From Atopobiaceae bacterium (lineage in GTDB: Bacteria; Actinomycetota; Coriobacteriia; Coriobacteriales; Atopobiaceae), in contig JAFUCQ010000117.1 in NCBI GenBank assembly GCA_017459605.1, positions 1 through 38,847 on the forward strand: a stretch of DNA of 38,847 nucleotides, written 5' to 3'. The notes beneath the pieces are model-generated. The model did no database searches and was not told the DNA's origin. It saw nothing but the letters and a program-made list of their open reading frames with translations. The position numbers and the translations under genes were made by a program. The stretch's first letter is position 1. The number at the start of each line of letters is the position of its first letter. Shown here one piece after another: positions 7,915 through 16,870 of this stretch.

Positions 7915-9932
7915 TACTTCACTTGGCTGGGATGCTTCTCGAAGAAGTCGAAGCGCGGCGGCAGCTCATCAATCGCATGCTCGCCAGCTGCCTCGCCCAA
8001 AAGGCTCGCCAGCTCTGCCGGTCCCTCAAAAGCGTGCTCCCACGAGAAGAACAGCTCTGGCTCAAACCCGAGCATGTGAGCAATGCGCTCACAGCCGGAA
8101 GGTACCACGGGGTGCATGAGCAAGGTTAGAGTTCTGAGTTCGCAGAAAGCATTCGCGAGCGCCTGCAGGTAAGCCGCATCGTCATCCTTTGCTGCCTTGG
8201 ATGCATCATCCCAGCGCTTGTTAGCAGCGCGACCAAACTCTTCTGCCACAGAAAGCGCCTCGTGAGCATTGAACACGTAGCAGCTCTGCTCAAATGCCAG
8301 CGTGGCAGCCTTGCATGCCTCGCGCGTGGCGGCGCTGGCTTCAACCGCGGGTAGCTTGCTCCCACACGCACGGGCGGCTCCATAAAAGCAGCTGCGTGCA
8401 AGGCGGTTGAAGATATTCGTGAGAAACGCGCTCTCTTTCAGTGCAGGGTCAACCACGCGCGGATCGTCGCGTACCAACAGGTCTGCCTCGCCGTCTTTGC
8501 CCGGCTTGGAGACGCTCGTATCAAAAGCTTTGGGAGCAAAGCTCACAGCTTTGACGTCGAGCCCTAGTGAGAGCCAGTGGGCACGGAGCTGCTCGGCAGT
8601 ATAGGCATCAAGGAGCTCAGAAGCAGCAGGTGGTTTGATGGCACCTGAGCTCGAAGCCTTCTTGTTCATGAACAAAATGTGGTAGTTGGCAACGGGTGTG
8701 TCTTGGAACAGTCCCCAGTCGAGCGCCTCCCACATGGCAGGTTGTGCCACACAGTAGAAGTAGATGTTGTCCTGCCCTATGAACTGAAACACCTTGGCGT
8801 CGTCTGCACACCACCAGTCGCGCCAGTCTGCGCTCGAGTAGCGGCCTTCTTCTGCCTCGGCAAGGACGGTCTGCGTAAACGAGATTGGAGCCCACAGGCT
8901 CTCAGGCCAGCACCAAACCGTGAGGTCGCTGGCGCCCTCAATCTCAGGAGCAGGAACTCCCCAGTCGATGTTTCCGGTGATGCGGAAGGGCAGCAGTGTT
9001 TTTCCTGTCCTCAAGCGAATGGACGCTGCATCGAGTTTCTCTCGCGCAAGGTCGCGGTCTTGCCATGTCGAGAAACGCACGGTAAATGACTGCTGCTTAC
9101 CCTCAGCTTCGCGCAGTTCGTGCTCAGGGAGCTGGTCGCGAACGCCTTCAAAGTCCTTGCGATATTTCGTTTGGATGTAGATGATGGGATCGACCAAGCT
9201 TTCGCACACCGTTTTTGAGACAACCTCGCGAACCTGCTCGTCGCCTTCCCATTGCTCCACGAGCTTTTCGAGCGACTCGCGGTAGGCAGGAAGGTCGAAG
9301 TAGAAGTTGTCAACCGGGCGAAGCTCCGGGGTGGTACCCGTGAGCTGCGACACCGGAGCAATCAGCTCAACCGGGTCAAACTGGTGGCCCAAATCGCACT
9401 CGTCGGCGTAGGCTTTTTCGCTCTTGCATCCGCGAACAGGACAGCGCCCAATGACTTGGCGTCCGTTCAAGAACTGCTCGGCGGTGGTGTCGTAGAACTG
9501 ACGCGTTGAAAGCTTGTGGAGATAGCCCTGCTCATACAAGCGGCTGATAAGCTCTGCACTCATACGAGCATGATGCGACTTGGCAGGCTCAAGTCCAGAT
9601 CCTGCGTACATGTCGAGTGACACCTCATAGGCAGCAAGGTCTGCAGCTTGGCTTGCGTGGTTAGCCGACACATAGTCTTCTATCGTGCCCTCAAAACCCT
9701 CGTCCTCAACCTTTTTGCGGTAGCCCTCCATGATGGGCGAGCCATAGCAATCTGTTCCCGAGACAAAAATGACATTCTCTTTTCCCAGCCGGTCTCTCAA
9801 AAAGCGGGCAAAGAAGTCTGCCGGTACAAAGACACCGCCAACGTGTCCAAAGTGAAGGCCCTTGTTGCCATAGGGCATGCCTGCGGTGATGACGGCTCGG
9901 GTAGGAAAGCTGGGACGTGCACTGTTCGACAT
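7914..9932 (-). CDS. metG: Methionine--tRNA ligase homologue (class I aaRS) with a non-canonical KMSKS region
   Basis: HIGH region PYGNKGLHFGHV. A degenerate zinc knuckle (CPVRGCKSEKAYADEC) aligns with the MetRS CP knuckle. FIGQDNIYFYCVAQPAMWEAL matches the MetRS FIGKDIVYFHSLFWPAML block. Start chosen at the internal ATG (MSNSARP...) with AGGAG 5 nt upstream. The KMSKS position reads KKASS. Confidence 0.7.
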   Translation of the reverse strand: MSNSARPSFPTRAVITAGMPYGNKGLHFGHVGGVFVPADFFARFLRDRLGKENVIFVSGTDCYGSPIMEGYRKKVEDEGFEGTIEDYVSANHASQAADLAAYEVSLDMYAGSGLEPAKSHHARMSAELISRLYEQGYLHKLSTRQFYDTTAEQFLNGRQVIGRCPVRGCKSEKAYADECDLGHQFDPVELIAPVSQLTGTTPELRPVDNFYFDLPAYRESLEKLVEQWEGDEQVREVVSKTVCESLVDPIIYIQTKYRKDFEGVRDQLPEHELREAEGKQQSFTVRFSTWQDRDLAREKLDAASIRLRTGKTLLPFRITGNIDWGVPAPEIEGASDLTVWCWPESLWAPISFTQTVLAEAEEGRYSSADWRDWWCADDAKVFQFIGQDNIYFYCVAQPAMWEALDWGLFQDTPVANYHILFMNKKASSSGAIKPPAASELLDAYTAEQLRAHWLSLGLDVKAVSFAPKAFDTSVSKPGKDGEADLLVRDDPRVVDPALKESAFLTNIFNRLARSCFYGAARACGSKLPAVEASAATREACKAATLAFEQSCYVFNAHEALSVAEEFGRAANKRWDDASKAAKDDDAAYLQALANAFCELRTLTLLMHPVVPSGCERIAHMLGFEPELFFSWEHAFEGPAELASLLGEAAGEHAIDELPPRFDFFEKHPSQVK

Positions 9933-10062
9933 GTTTGCTCCTGCTACGTACGGATGTTGTTCGGCGCGCGGGTGAGCACGTGGCTCAACACGCGTGTATG
10001 TGACTGGTGACGAGTGCTTAGTATCCCACAACAACAGCGTAAGGGCGAGACAAGCACAGCCA

Positions 10063-10431
10063 TTAAGTCAAGGAATTGTCCGAGCCTCCATAACTATCTG
10101 CATCATGTGCTGGGGAAAGCGTGGCATGGAGTCGGGCGGTGGCATCTTCATCCCACCCGCATCCAGCTTGCGCGGGACATCCCACGCACGAAGAACTGCT
10201 TGAACTACAGGCAGAGCAGCCCGAGGTAGACGCCCCAGATGTGCTGGACGAGACGGGCGAGCAGGCCGAGGGAGAGCAGGCCGAGGGAGAGCAGCCCGAG
10301 GCAGAGCAGCCCGAGGTAGAGCAGCTCGAACACCCCGAGCACCCAGAGCTGTTGCTGAAGAAGCTTGCCTTGACAGCCAGTGCTACGACCGCAATCAAGA
10401 TTCCCAGTATGATCCAGCTCGCAAGATTCAT
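10063..10431 (-). CDS. FeoB-associated Cys-rich small membrane protein (N-terminal TM helix plus Cys/Ser-repeat tail)
   Basis: Located 26 bp downstream of the feoB stop. N-terminal TM WIILGILIAVVALAV, then CSxCSxCS... repeats encoded by 15-bp DNA repeats. RBS GAGGG lies upstream of the ATG. Confidence 0.6.
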   Translation of the reverse strand: MNLASWIILGILIAVVALAVKASFFSNSSGCSGCSSCSTSGCSASGCSPSACSPSACSPVSSSTSGASTSGCSACSSSSSSCVGCPAQAGCGWDEDATARLHATLSPAHDADSYGGSDNSLT

Positions 10432-10456
10432 ACGTACACCCTCACGCCAAACTCGC

Positions 10457-13156
10457 TCAGCTCAGTGCTGCATGTTGGGGCTTTTTGTAGCTGGGCAGGG
10501 GACGTACGAGCCCAAAGATAATGGCAGCGAGTATCAGCAATGCCACAGCGCTCCACGCATCAAAGCTGCCCGTAAGCACAAGCTTTCCGAGTTGGAATAC
10601 GATGAGAGCAACTGCATATGCCCAGCCACATTCCCAGCCAATAGCAGCCCAGAACCATGTATTAAAGCCGCCCATCTCGCGTTTAATGGCTCCCATAGCG
10701 GCAAAACACGGAGCACACAAAAGCTGGAAAGTCATGAAGGAAAAGGCAGCTACTGGCACAAGCTCGGCAGAGCCAGCGGTCACAGCCAAAGAATCCATGA
10801 ATGCTTGAGCCCAGCTGGAGCTGCTTGCGCCAAACACAATCGCCATAGTACCGATAACGTTTTCTTTTGCGATGAGCCCGGTTACCACGGTCGAAGCTGC
10901 TTGCCAGTTGGCAAAACCAAGCGGCGTAAAAATCCATGCAAAGGCATTGCCAAAGCCAGCGAGCAGTGAGTAGTCCATGAGCTGTTCTCCCACCCACATG
11001 AAACGTCCCTCGTAGATGCCATAGCCCGACAAAAACCACATCACAATGGTTGCAAGCAAAATGATGGTGCCTGCCTTTTTGATAAATGCCCACGCACGCT
11101 CCCACATGCTGCGCAGCAAATCAACAAAACGGGGGAGACGATATTCGGGAAGCTCCATGATGTACGGCGTGGTCTCTCCAATGAAGGGACGGGTCTTCTT
11201 CAAAATGATGCCTGAGACAACAATCGAGGCAATGCCCATAAAGTAGGCAAGCGGTGCCACCCACCAGCTGCCGCCAAAGACAGCGGTTGAGATAAGCGCG
11301 ATAATCGGCAACTTTGCCGAGCAGGGCATAAAGGTTGTGGTCATAACCGTGAGGCGTCGTGACGACTCTGACTCGATGGTGCGCGATGCCATAATGCCGG
11401 GAACTCCGCAGCCCGTACCAATAATCATGGGAATGAAGGTTTTTCCCGACAGACCAAAGCGCCTGAATATGCGGTCGAGAATGAAGGTAACGCGTGCCAT
11501 ATAGCCGCAACCCTCGAGTAGCGCCAGCAAAAAGAACAAAATCATGATCTGAGGCACAAATCCCAGCACTGCGCCGACACCAGCCACAATACCGTTCATG
11601 ATGAGGTCATAGAGCCAGTCGGCACAATCCACTGCGGTGAGTGCATTTCCAATGAGTGTTGGGATGCCGGCAATCCACAGTCCGTAGTGGCTGTGGTCGT
11701 GAGGAGCTGCCACTCGAACACCTTGGGCATCTTCGCTGCCTGACAAAGAGGCTGACTCGCTGTCAAAGTTGTAGATGACAGCAGTGATGGCATCCGCACG
11801 ACCGTTGGCAGCGACTTCTGCGTTTTTCTCGTCAGCAAGAGCTTGAGCCTGTGTACGGCCATTCTCGCCAACATAGACAAAGTAGTCAGTCTGGCCAAGC
11901 TCTTCTTCGTCTATAAGCGAATAGTGAGCGATAACGCCAGCTTCGGCTGCTGCTCGCTCAAACTGGGCAAGAGCATCTTGTGCCGCGCTCGACTGGGGGT
12001 TTGGCTCAAACCCTTCACCAAGTTCTGTGAGCAGCGACTCGTCTGGTTCAGCCAAAAAATGGGCTTCGATCAGCGAAGTATCAATTCCTTTATCTTGTGC
12101 GGCACTCAAAAACTCAGCGATGGCAGTCTGCGCTTCATCGTAGGGCTCAGCATCCGCATCATAGGCTGCTTGTGCCCCCGATTCAGGACGCACAATGGCA
12201 AGGGGGTCAAGATACCAGCCCTCACCAAAAACGCCATCGTTGGCCCAGTCGGTGGCAACAGAGCCCACCGTGCTCACTGAAATGAAATAAATCGCCATGA
12301 TAATGAGGACAAAAATGGGTAGCGCTAAAACGCGGTTGAGCAGGACATGGTCGATTTTCTCGGTCGTGCTCATCTCAGGGTTTGTGCGCTTTTGCACCTG
12401 TTTCACAAAGTGGGAGATGTAGGTGTAGCGTGCATCGGTGATAACGGCGTCGGCCTTGTCGCCAAAGCGTGCCTCGACCGCACGGAGGTGTCCGTCGAGG
12501 TCAGCGATGTCACCTAGATCAGCGATAACCTTTTGGTCGCGCTCGAGATACTTGATAGCGTAAAAGCGCTTGAGGTGAGCGGGAACGTGTGCTGGCAGAT
12601 CGCCCTCAAGGTGTCCAATGAGGTCTTCGAGCTCTTGAGAAAAGCGTGCTGGTTGCACAGGCTGGTGTTTGTGAGCTGCCGCCTGAGCAACAGACACCAT
12701 TTGCTCGATTCCCTCACCGCGAAGTGCGGAGATTTCAACTACGGGAAGCCCCAGGGCGTCTGAGAGCGCAGCTGAGTCGATGTGGTAACCGCGCTTGTGG
12801 ACAATGTCCATCTGGTTGAGGGCAACAACAACCGGAACCCCAAATTCCATGAGCTGTGTGGTGAGATAGAGATTGCGCTCAAGATTTGAGGCATCAACAA
12901 TGTCAACAATGACATCGACGTCGCCACTGATGAGGTAGTCTCGCGCGATTATCTCTTCATTGGAGTAGGGGGTAAGCGAGTAAATGCCGGGAAGGTCGAT
13001 AATCTGGACGTCTCTGTTGCTCTTGAGAGTCCCTGTTTTTCTCTCGACCGTCACACCCGGCCAATTGCCAACGTATTGGCGGTTACCCGTTAACTGATTA
13101 AACAGCGTGGTTTTGCCAGAATTGGGATTGCCAACCAACGCAAGGGTTATTGCCAT
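10457..13156 (-). CDS. feoB: Ferrous iron transport protein B, with an insertion of about 170-200 aa after the first TM helix
   Basis: G-domain GNPNSGKTTLFN, DxxG, and NQMD in VVALNQMD; C-terminal polytopic membrane domain. 899 aa is long for FeoB; the acidic/Ala-rich segment (residues about 320-500, nt about 11660-12190) is extra. Confidence 0.9.
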   Translation of the reverse strand: MAITLALVGNPNSGKTTLFNQLTGNRQYVGNWPGVTVERKTGTLKSNRDVQIIDLPGIYSLTPYSNEEIIARDYLISGDVDVIVDIVDASNLERNLYLTTQLMEFGVPVVVALNQMDIVHKRGYHIDSAALSDALGLPVVEISALRGEGIEQMVSVAQAAAHKHQPVQPARFSQELEDLIGHLEGDLPAHVPAHLKRFYAIKYLERDQKVIADLGDIADLDGHLRAVEARFGDKADAVITDARYTYISHFVKQVQKRTNPEMSTTEKIDHVLLNRVLALPIFVLIIMAIYFISVSTVGSVATDWANDGVFGEGWYLDPLAIVRPESGAQAAYDADAEPYDEAQTAIAEFLSAAQDKGIDTSLIEAHFLAEPDESLLTELGEGFEPNPQSSAAQDALAQFERAAAEAGVIAHYSLIDEEELGQTDYFVYVGENGRTQAQALADEKNAEVAANGRADAITAVIYNFDSESASLSGSEDAQGVRVAAPHDHSHYGLWIAGIPTLIGNALTAVDCADWLYDLIMNGIVAGVGAVLGFVPQIMILFFLLALLEGCGYMARVTFILDRIFRRFGLSGKTFIPMIIGTGCGVPGIMASRTIESESSRRLTVMTTTFMPCSAKLPIIALISTAVFGGSWWVAPLAYFMGIASIVVSGIILKKTRPFIGETTPYIMELPEYRLPRFVDLLRSMWERAWAFIKKAGTIILLATIVMWFLSGYGIYEGRFMWVGEQLMDYSLLAGFGNAFAWIFTPLGFANWQAASTVVTGLIAKENVIGTMAIVFGASSSSWAQAFMDSLAVTAGSAELVPVAAFSFMTFQLLCAPCFAAMGAIKREMGGFNTWFWAAIGWECGWAYAVALIVFQLGKLVLTGSFDAWSAVALLILAAIIFGLVRPLPSYKKPQHAALS

Positions 13157-13260
13157 GCTCAGCCGTTACTTTCATTTGTATGTAAACGACCCAACGCCAT
13201 AGCGGACGCTTTGTCGCTTAAGATCCACTTCTCTGCCCGCTGGCACCTCATGTGGTGCAC

Positions 13261-13485
13261 TTATGCAGGTACAACCTCTATGTCTGCCGCATCAGACTTG
13301 CGAAGCGACAGGTAGTAACCCCTCACCGTAAGCTCCATGGGATCGCCCAACGGAGCCACCTTGCGCACGCTAATCTCTGCGCCTTTTGTGATACCCATAT
13401 CCAAGATTCGACGGCGAATTTCGCCCGTACCGTTGAACCTCGTTACCGTACAGCTATTGCCAACTCTGACTTCGTCAAGTGTCAT
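13261..13485 (-). CDS. feoA: Ferrous iron transport protein A (74 aa from the internal ATG)
   Basis: SH3-like FeoA sequence MTLDEVRVGNSCTVTRF...GDPMELTVRGYYLSLRK. A strong RBS AGGAGAGGAAATA lies immediately upstream of the ATG at 13485. The longer ORF from 13524 probably over-extends. Confidence 0.8.
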   Translation of the reverse strand: MTLDEVRVGNSCTVTRFNGTGEIRRRILDMGITKGAEISVRKVAPLGDPMELTVRGYYLSLRKSDAADIEVVPA

Positions 13486-13693
13486 TATTTCCTCTCCTGT
13501 AGCTGTCGCTTGTTTCCTTGCCAAAAAAGCTGACGCTACTTCGTGGCAATATGTTAACCGAGCATAACTTTCTTGTCACTAAAAAGTTAGCCAAGGTTGC
13601 AAGAATGGTTGATTTGAGGTCGTAGACGGTCTATCCGCCATCGTTTTGATGCCTTGCGGGCGGCCGAGGGCTATCATAGATACGAGCAATTAT

Positions 13694-13798
13694 TGTCGAG
13701 TTTGAGCTTGTCGAGCTTGAGCTTGTCGGGCTTGGGCTTGTCGGGCCTGAGGGCTTGGGCTTGTCGAGCCTGAGAGCTTGGGCTTGTCGGGCTTGAGC
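13694..13798. repeat. Tandem array of about 15-bp units (gcttgKgcttgtcgRgc), roughly 7 units, in the feoA/SPFH divergent intergenic region
   Basis: Direct inspection. Confidence 0.7.
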
Positions 13799-13953
13799 TC
13801 CACACGGCTCGAGCCGAGAGGGACTGTGTGAGACTCATGCAGTTTACGCACCCCTGTAACGAGACAATCCGAAATGGGTACAAACCCTTAAAGCGCCTCA
13901 CAGGGAGGCGCGTTTGGTGTTAGGCCAAGAAGGCCTCGACAGAAAGGATTGTC

Positions 13954-14862
13954 ATGACCGTCGTTATTGTCTTGGTGTTGATCATCATCGTGGCCACGGT
14001 GCTCTCAACCGGTTACGTGGTGCGCCAACAACACGTGGCGATTATTGAGCGCCTGGGCAAGTTTGTAGGATTTGCCGGTCCCGGATTTCACGTGAAGATT
14101 CCGTGGTTCGACCGTACCTACGACGTGGATCTCATGACTGAAGACCAGCATGTAACCTTTGATGCCAAAACTTCAGACAATGTGACCATTGAGCTCGACG
14201 TTTCCATTCAGTATCATGTCGATGCTTCAAACATGCAGCTCAAAGACCAGTCTGGCGTGTGGAAGAGCTTCTACACCCTGACCGACCCTGTTGCCCAGAT
14301 GAAAGACTATCTGGCAGACGCATTGCGTTCTCAGATTCCTAATCGAACCCTTGATGAGGTCTTTTCTGAGAAGGACACCATTGCTCAGTCTATAGATGAC
14401 GTTGTGTCGCATAAGATGCTTGAGTATGGCTACGTTTTGGTTACCACCCTCATTACCTCAATTCGTCTGCCTCGCGAGGTTCAAGAGTCGATGAACCACA
14501 TCATTGCCTCAAAGAACAATCTTGAGAGTGCGACAAATGACGCAAACGCTGCCCGCGCAAAGACCGTTATTGCTGCTCAGGCAAAGGCAGAAGCAATGGC
14601 TGCTGAGGGTAAGGGTATCGCAGACCAGCGTATTGCTATTGCCAAGGGTATCAAGGAGTCCATCGACACCATTAAGGGCGCCGAGATGACCTCTGATGAA
14701 GCAAATCGTCTCTTTGAGTTCACCCAGTGGGTGGGCATGATGGAGCAGTTTGCTGCTAAGGGTGCTTCGACGATGGTGTTGCCAAGTGATTTTTCTGGCA
14801 CATCTTCGATGTTCTCGCAGATAGTGGCTGCCCAGAATACTCCAAAGCCTGAGGAGAGCTAG
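13954..14862 (+). CDS. SPFH/Band 7 domain protein (stomatin/prohibitin-like), with N-terminal TM anchor
   Basis: N-terminal hydrophobic segment, then the SPFH block VVRQQHVAIIERLGKFVGFAGPGFHVKIPWFD... and a C-terminal Ala-rich coiled-coil region. RBS AAAGGA. Confidence 0.8.
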   Translation: MTVVIVLVLIIIVATVLSTGYVVRQQHVAIIERLGKFVGFAGPGFHVKIPWFDRTYDVDLMTEDQHVTFDAKTSDNVTIELDVSIQYHVDASNMQLKDQSGVWKSFYTLTDPVAQMKDYLADALRSQIPNRTLDEVFSEKDTIAQSIDDVVSHKMLEYGYVLVTTLITSIRLPREVQESMNHIIASKNNLESATNDANAARAKTVIAAQAKAEAMAAEGKGIADQRIAIAKGIKESIDTIKGAEMTSDEANRLFEFTQWVGMMEQFAAKGASTMVLPSDFSGTSSMFSQIVAAQNTPKPEES

Positions 14863-14973
14863 TCTGCTCAGCCAGATGTGGCAGCTTGTGCGGTAGATGG
14901 CAAGCGTTCTTGCGGGTAACAGAGACGTTTGTCACACTGTGCCTCAGCACCACCGATAGACCAGCGTGATTAT

Positions 14974-15125
14974 AAGTTACGGTAACGTCTTAAGAAAACG
15001 ACTTACCGTAACTTTTATTTTGTAACAAAACACGCGCCGTTTACCAGGCATAGTAGCTTTAATGCGTATGCCACGTGATATTATAAGTTACGGTAACGAC
15101 TTTAAAAAACGACTTACCGTAACTT
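14974..15125. promoter_or_regulatory. Two copies (14974-15014 and 15085-15125) of a 41-bp palindromic element AAGTTACGGTAACG-N13-CGACTTACCGTAACTT, each preceded by cgtgat(at)tat
   Basis: Each copy has perfect 12-bp inverted arms. Copy 1 is followed by ttttatttt, so it is a possible intrinsic terminator of the SPFH gene. Copy 2 ends about 20 bp before the ATPase start codon, so it is a possible operator or attenuator. Confidence 0.55.
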
Positions 15126-15144
15126 ATAGGGCTGCTTTGAGTTC

Positions 15145-16581
15145 ATGCGAGGGATGGTCATGATTGTTGCGCGCGAACGAGAAATACAGGTACTTACATC
15201 CACACTCGAAGAAGAGTATTCACAGTTTATTGCGGTATATGGACGACGCCGCGTTGGCAAGACCTTTCTCATTCTTGAGAGTTTTGACTACACATTCACG
15301 TTTCAGCATTCAGGTCTTGCAAACGGCAGCTTGAGCGATCAGCTGTATGCCTTTACAGATTCGTTGCGCGATGCTGGTTTACAAAACTTTGCTCAACCCA
15401 AGAATTGGCTTGAAGCATTTAGCCTGCTCAAGGAACTCATTCGCTCGTCTCAGTCTAAAAAGAAAGTAGTTTTCATCGATGAGCTTTCGTGGATGGATAC
15501 TCCAAAGAGCGGTTTTGTCACGGCACTTGAGAGCTTTTGGAATGGTTGGGCATCAGCTCGCAAAGATATCGTTTTAATTGTGTGTGCATCTGCGACCTCA
15601 TGGATGCTCAATAAAATTATCCATAACAAAGGTGGCTTGTACAATCGACTTACCAATCGCATACACCTACAACCATTCACACTGCGAGAGTGTGAAGAGT
15701 ATCTCCATGCTCAGGGTATTGAATTGAGCAAACACCAAATACTTGAGTGCTACATGATTATGGGTGGAGTGCCGTATTACTGGAGTTTTCTTGAGAAAGG
15801 AAAGAGCCTCTCACAAAACATAGATAGCATGTTCTTTTCGCGAGATGCAATTCTCGCACATGAGTTTGACCACCTCTATGCCTCATTGTTTTCTCATCCA
15901 GAAGACTATCTCAAGATTGTGTCGGCTCTTGCAGGGAAAAAAGCTGGTTTGACCCGAGAAGAGCTTGTTGCATCAACGAAGTTGGCGGATTCGGGAGCGC
16001 TGAGCAAAAAACTCGATGAGCTCGAGAGCTGTGGTTTTGTTAGAAAGTACCATGCTTACGGAAAAGCAAAACGGGGAGCTCTGTTTCAACTCATTGATAA
16101 CTTTACCCTCTTTTACTACAAGTTTTTGAGCAATGGTTCTCCTGATGAGCACCTGTGGGAGCATTCAATCGATTCGGCTGTAAAAAATGCTTGGTGCGGA
16201 TTGGCTTTTGAGAGGGTGTGTCTTGAGCATATACCCCAAATCAAACGTGCGCTTGGTATTAGTGGCGTACTCACAGAAGTAGATGCGTGGTCATGTAAGG
16301 CTGATCCTGATAGGGGAGTTTTTGGCAGTCAGATTGATATGCTCATTGCTCGCAGAGATCAGGTAATCAATCTTTGCGAAATGAAGTATTCACGAGATGA
16401 GTTTGCAATAACGAAGGCGGTTGATGCTGCTATTCGACATAAACTGAATGATTTTCGTCTCCTCTCAAAGAGCAAAGATGCTCTTCATGTCACCCTCGTT
16501 ACAACCTATGGGCTCAAGGACAATTCCTATTCGGGAATTGTGCAATCTGTGGTGACTGCAGATGATTTGTTTGCTGAGTAA
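15145..16581 (+). CDS. Solitary AAA+ ATPase (archaeal-type ATPase_2 core) with a C-terminal DUF234-like domain carrying a D..ExK nuclease-like motif
   Basis: Walker A GRRRVGKTF, Walker B VVFIDELSW. C-terminal GSQIDMLIARRDQVINLCEMKYS. Low GC by eye (about 42-45%). The true start may be ATG 15154 or 15160 (GAGGGA upstream). Confidence 0.8.
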   Translation: MRGMVMIVAREREIQVLTSTLEEEYSQFIAVYGRRRVGKTFLILESFDYTFTFQHSGLANGSLSDQLYAFTDSLRDAGLQNFAQPKNWLEAFSLLKELIRSSQSKKKVVFIDELSWMDTPKSGFVTALESFWNGWASARKDIVLIVCASATSWMLNKIIHNKGGLYNRLTNRIHLQPFTLRECEEYLHAQGIELSKHQILECYMIMGGVPYYWSFLEKGKSLSQNIDSMFFSRDAILAHEFDHLYASLFSHPEDYLKIVSALAGKKAGLTREELVASTKLADSGALSKKLDELESCGFVRKYHAYGKAKRGALFQLIDNFTLFYYKFLSNGSPDEHLWEHSIDSAVKNAWCGLAFERVCLEHIPQIKRALGISGVLTEVDAWSCKADPDRGVFGSQIDMLIARRDQVINLCEMKYSRDEFAITKAVDAAIRHKLNDFRLLSKSKDALHVTLVTTYGLKDNSYSGIVQSVVTADDLFAE

Positions 16582-16582
16582 C

Positions 16583-16722
16583 ACGGTGATTGGTGGGCTT
16601 GAGTATCGAGCATGTCCGAGAGTCTGCGTGGTGATGAGTCTGAGTATCGAGCATGTCCGAGAGTCTGTGTGATGATGAGCCTGAGTATCGAGCATGTCCA
16701 TGAGTCTGCGTGATTGGTGAAC
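16583..16722. repeat. Tandem repeat of 3 perfect-to-near-perfect 41-bp units (tgagtatcgagcatgtccgagagtctgcgtggtgatgagtc) plus a partial leading unit
   Basis: The units start at 16600, 16641 and 16682. Confidence 0.8.
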
Positions 16723-16870
16723 CTGAACAACGCTGTGGCAAAGGTACTTGTCACTACCAATGATGAACCAGAACACTCATAATGGTGAACTGCTTGACAG
16801 GGAAAAGTTGCTTGAGGACAACTTTGAGTAGCTTTATGTAATGAGAGATTGAGATTAACAGGGAGGGTGT

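Noticed and set aside
10121-10969. A 282-aa plus-strand ORF antisense to feoB and the Cys-rich gene. Similar internal ORFs occur inside metG (for example 8679..9089), secD, recJ, relA and dxs.
   Set aside because: They are entirely embedded in well-supported genes on the opposite strand or in another frame, with no start signals and repeat-derived or low-complexity translations.
16723-16870. A preQ1 riboswitch upstream of queH (also considered upstream of tgt, 20730-20934)
   Set aside because: No P1 hairpin plus A-rich ACUA tail matching the preQ1-I/II consensus was found. Only generic hairpins and promoter-like hexamers (TTGACA at 16790) are present.
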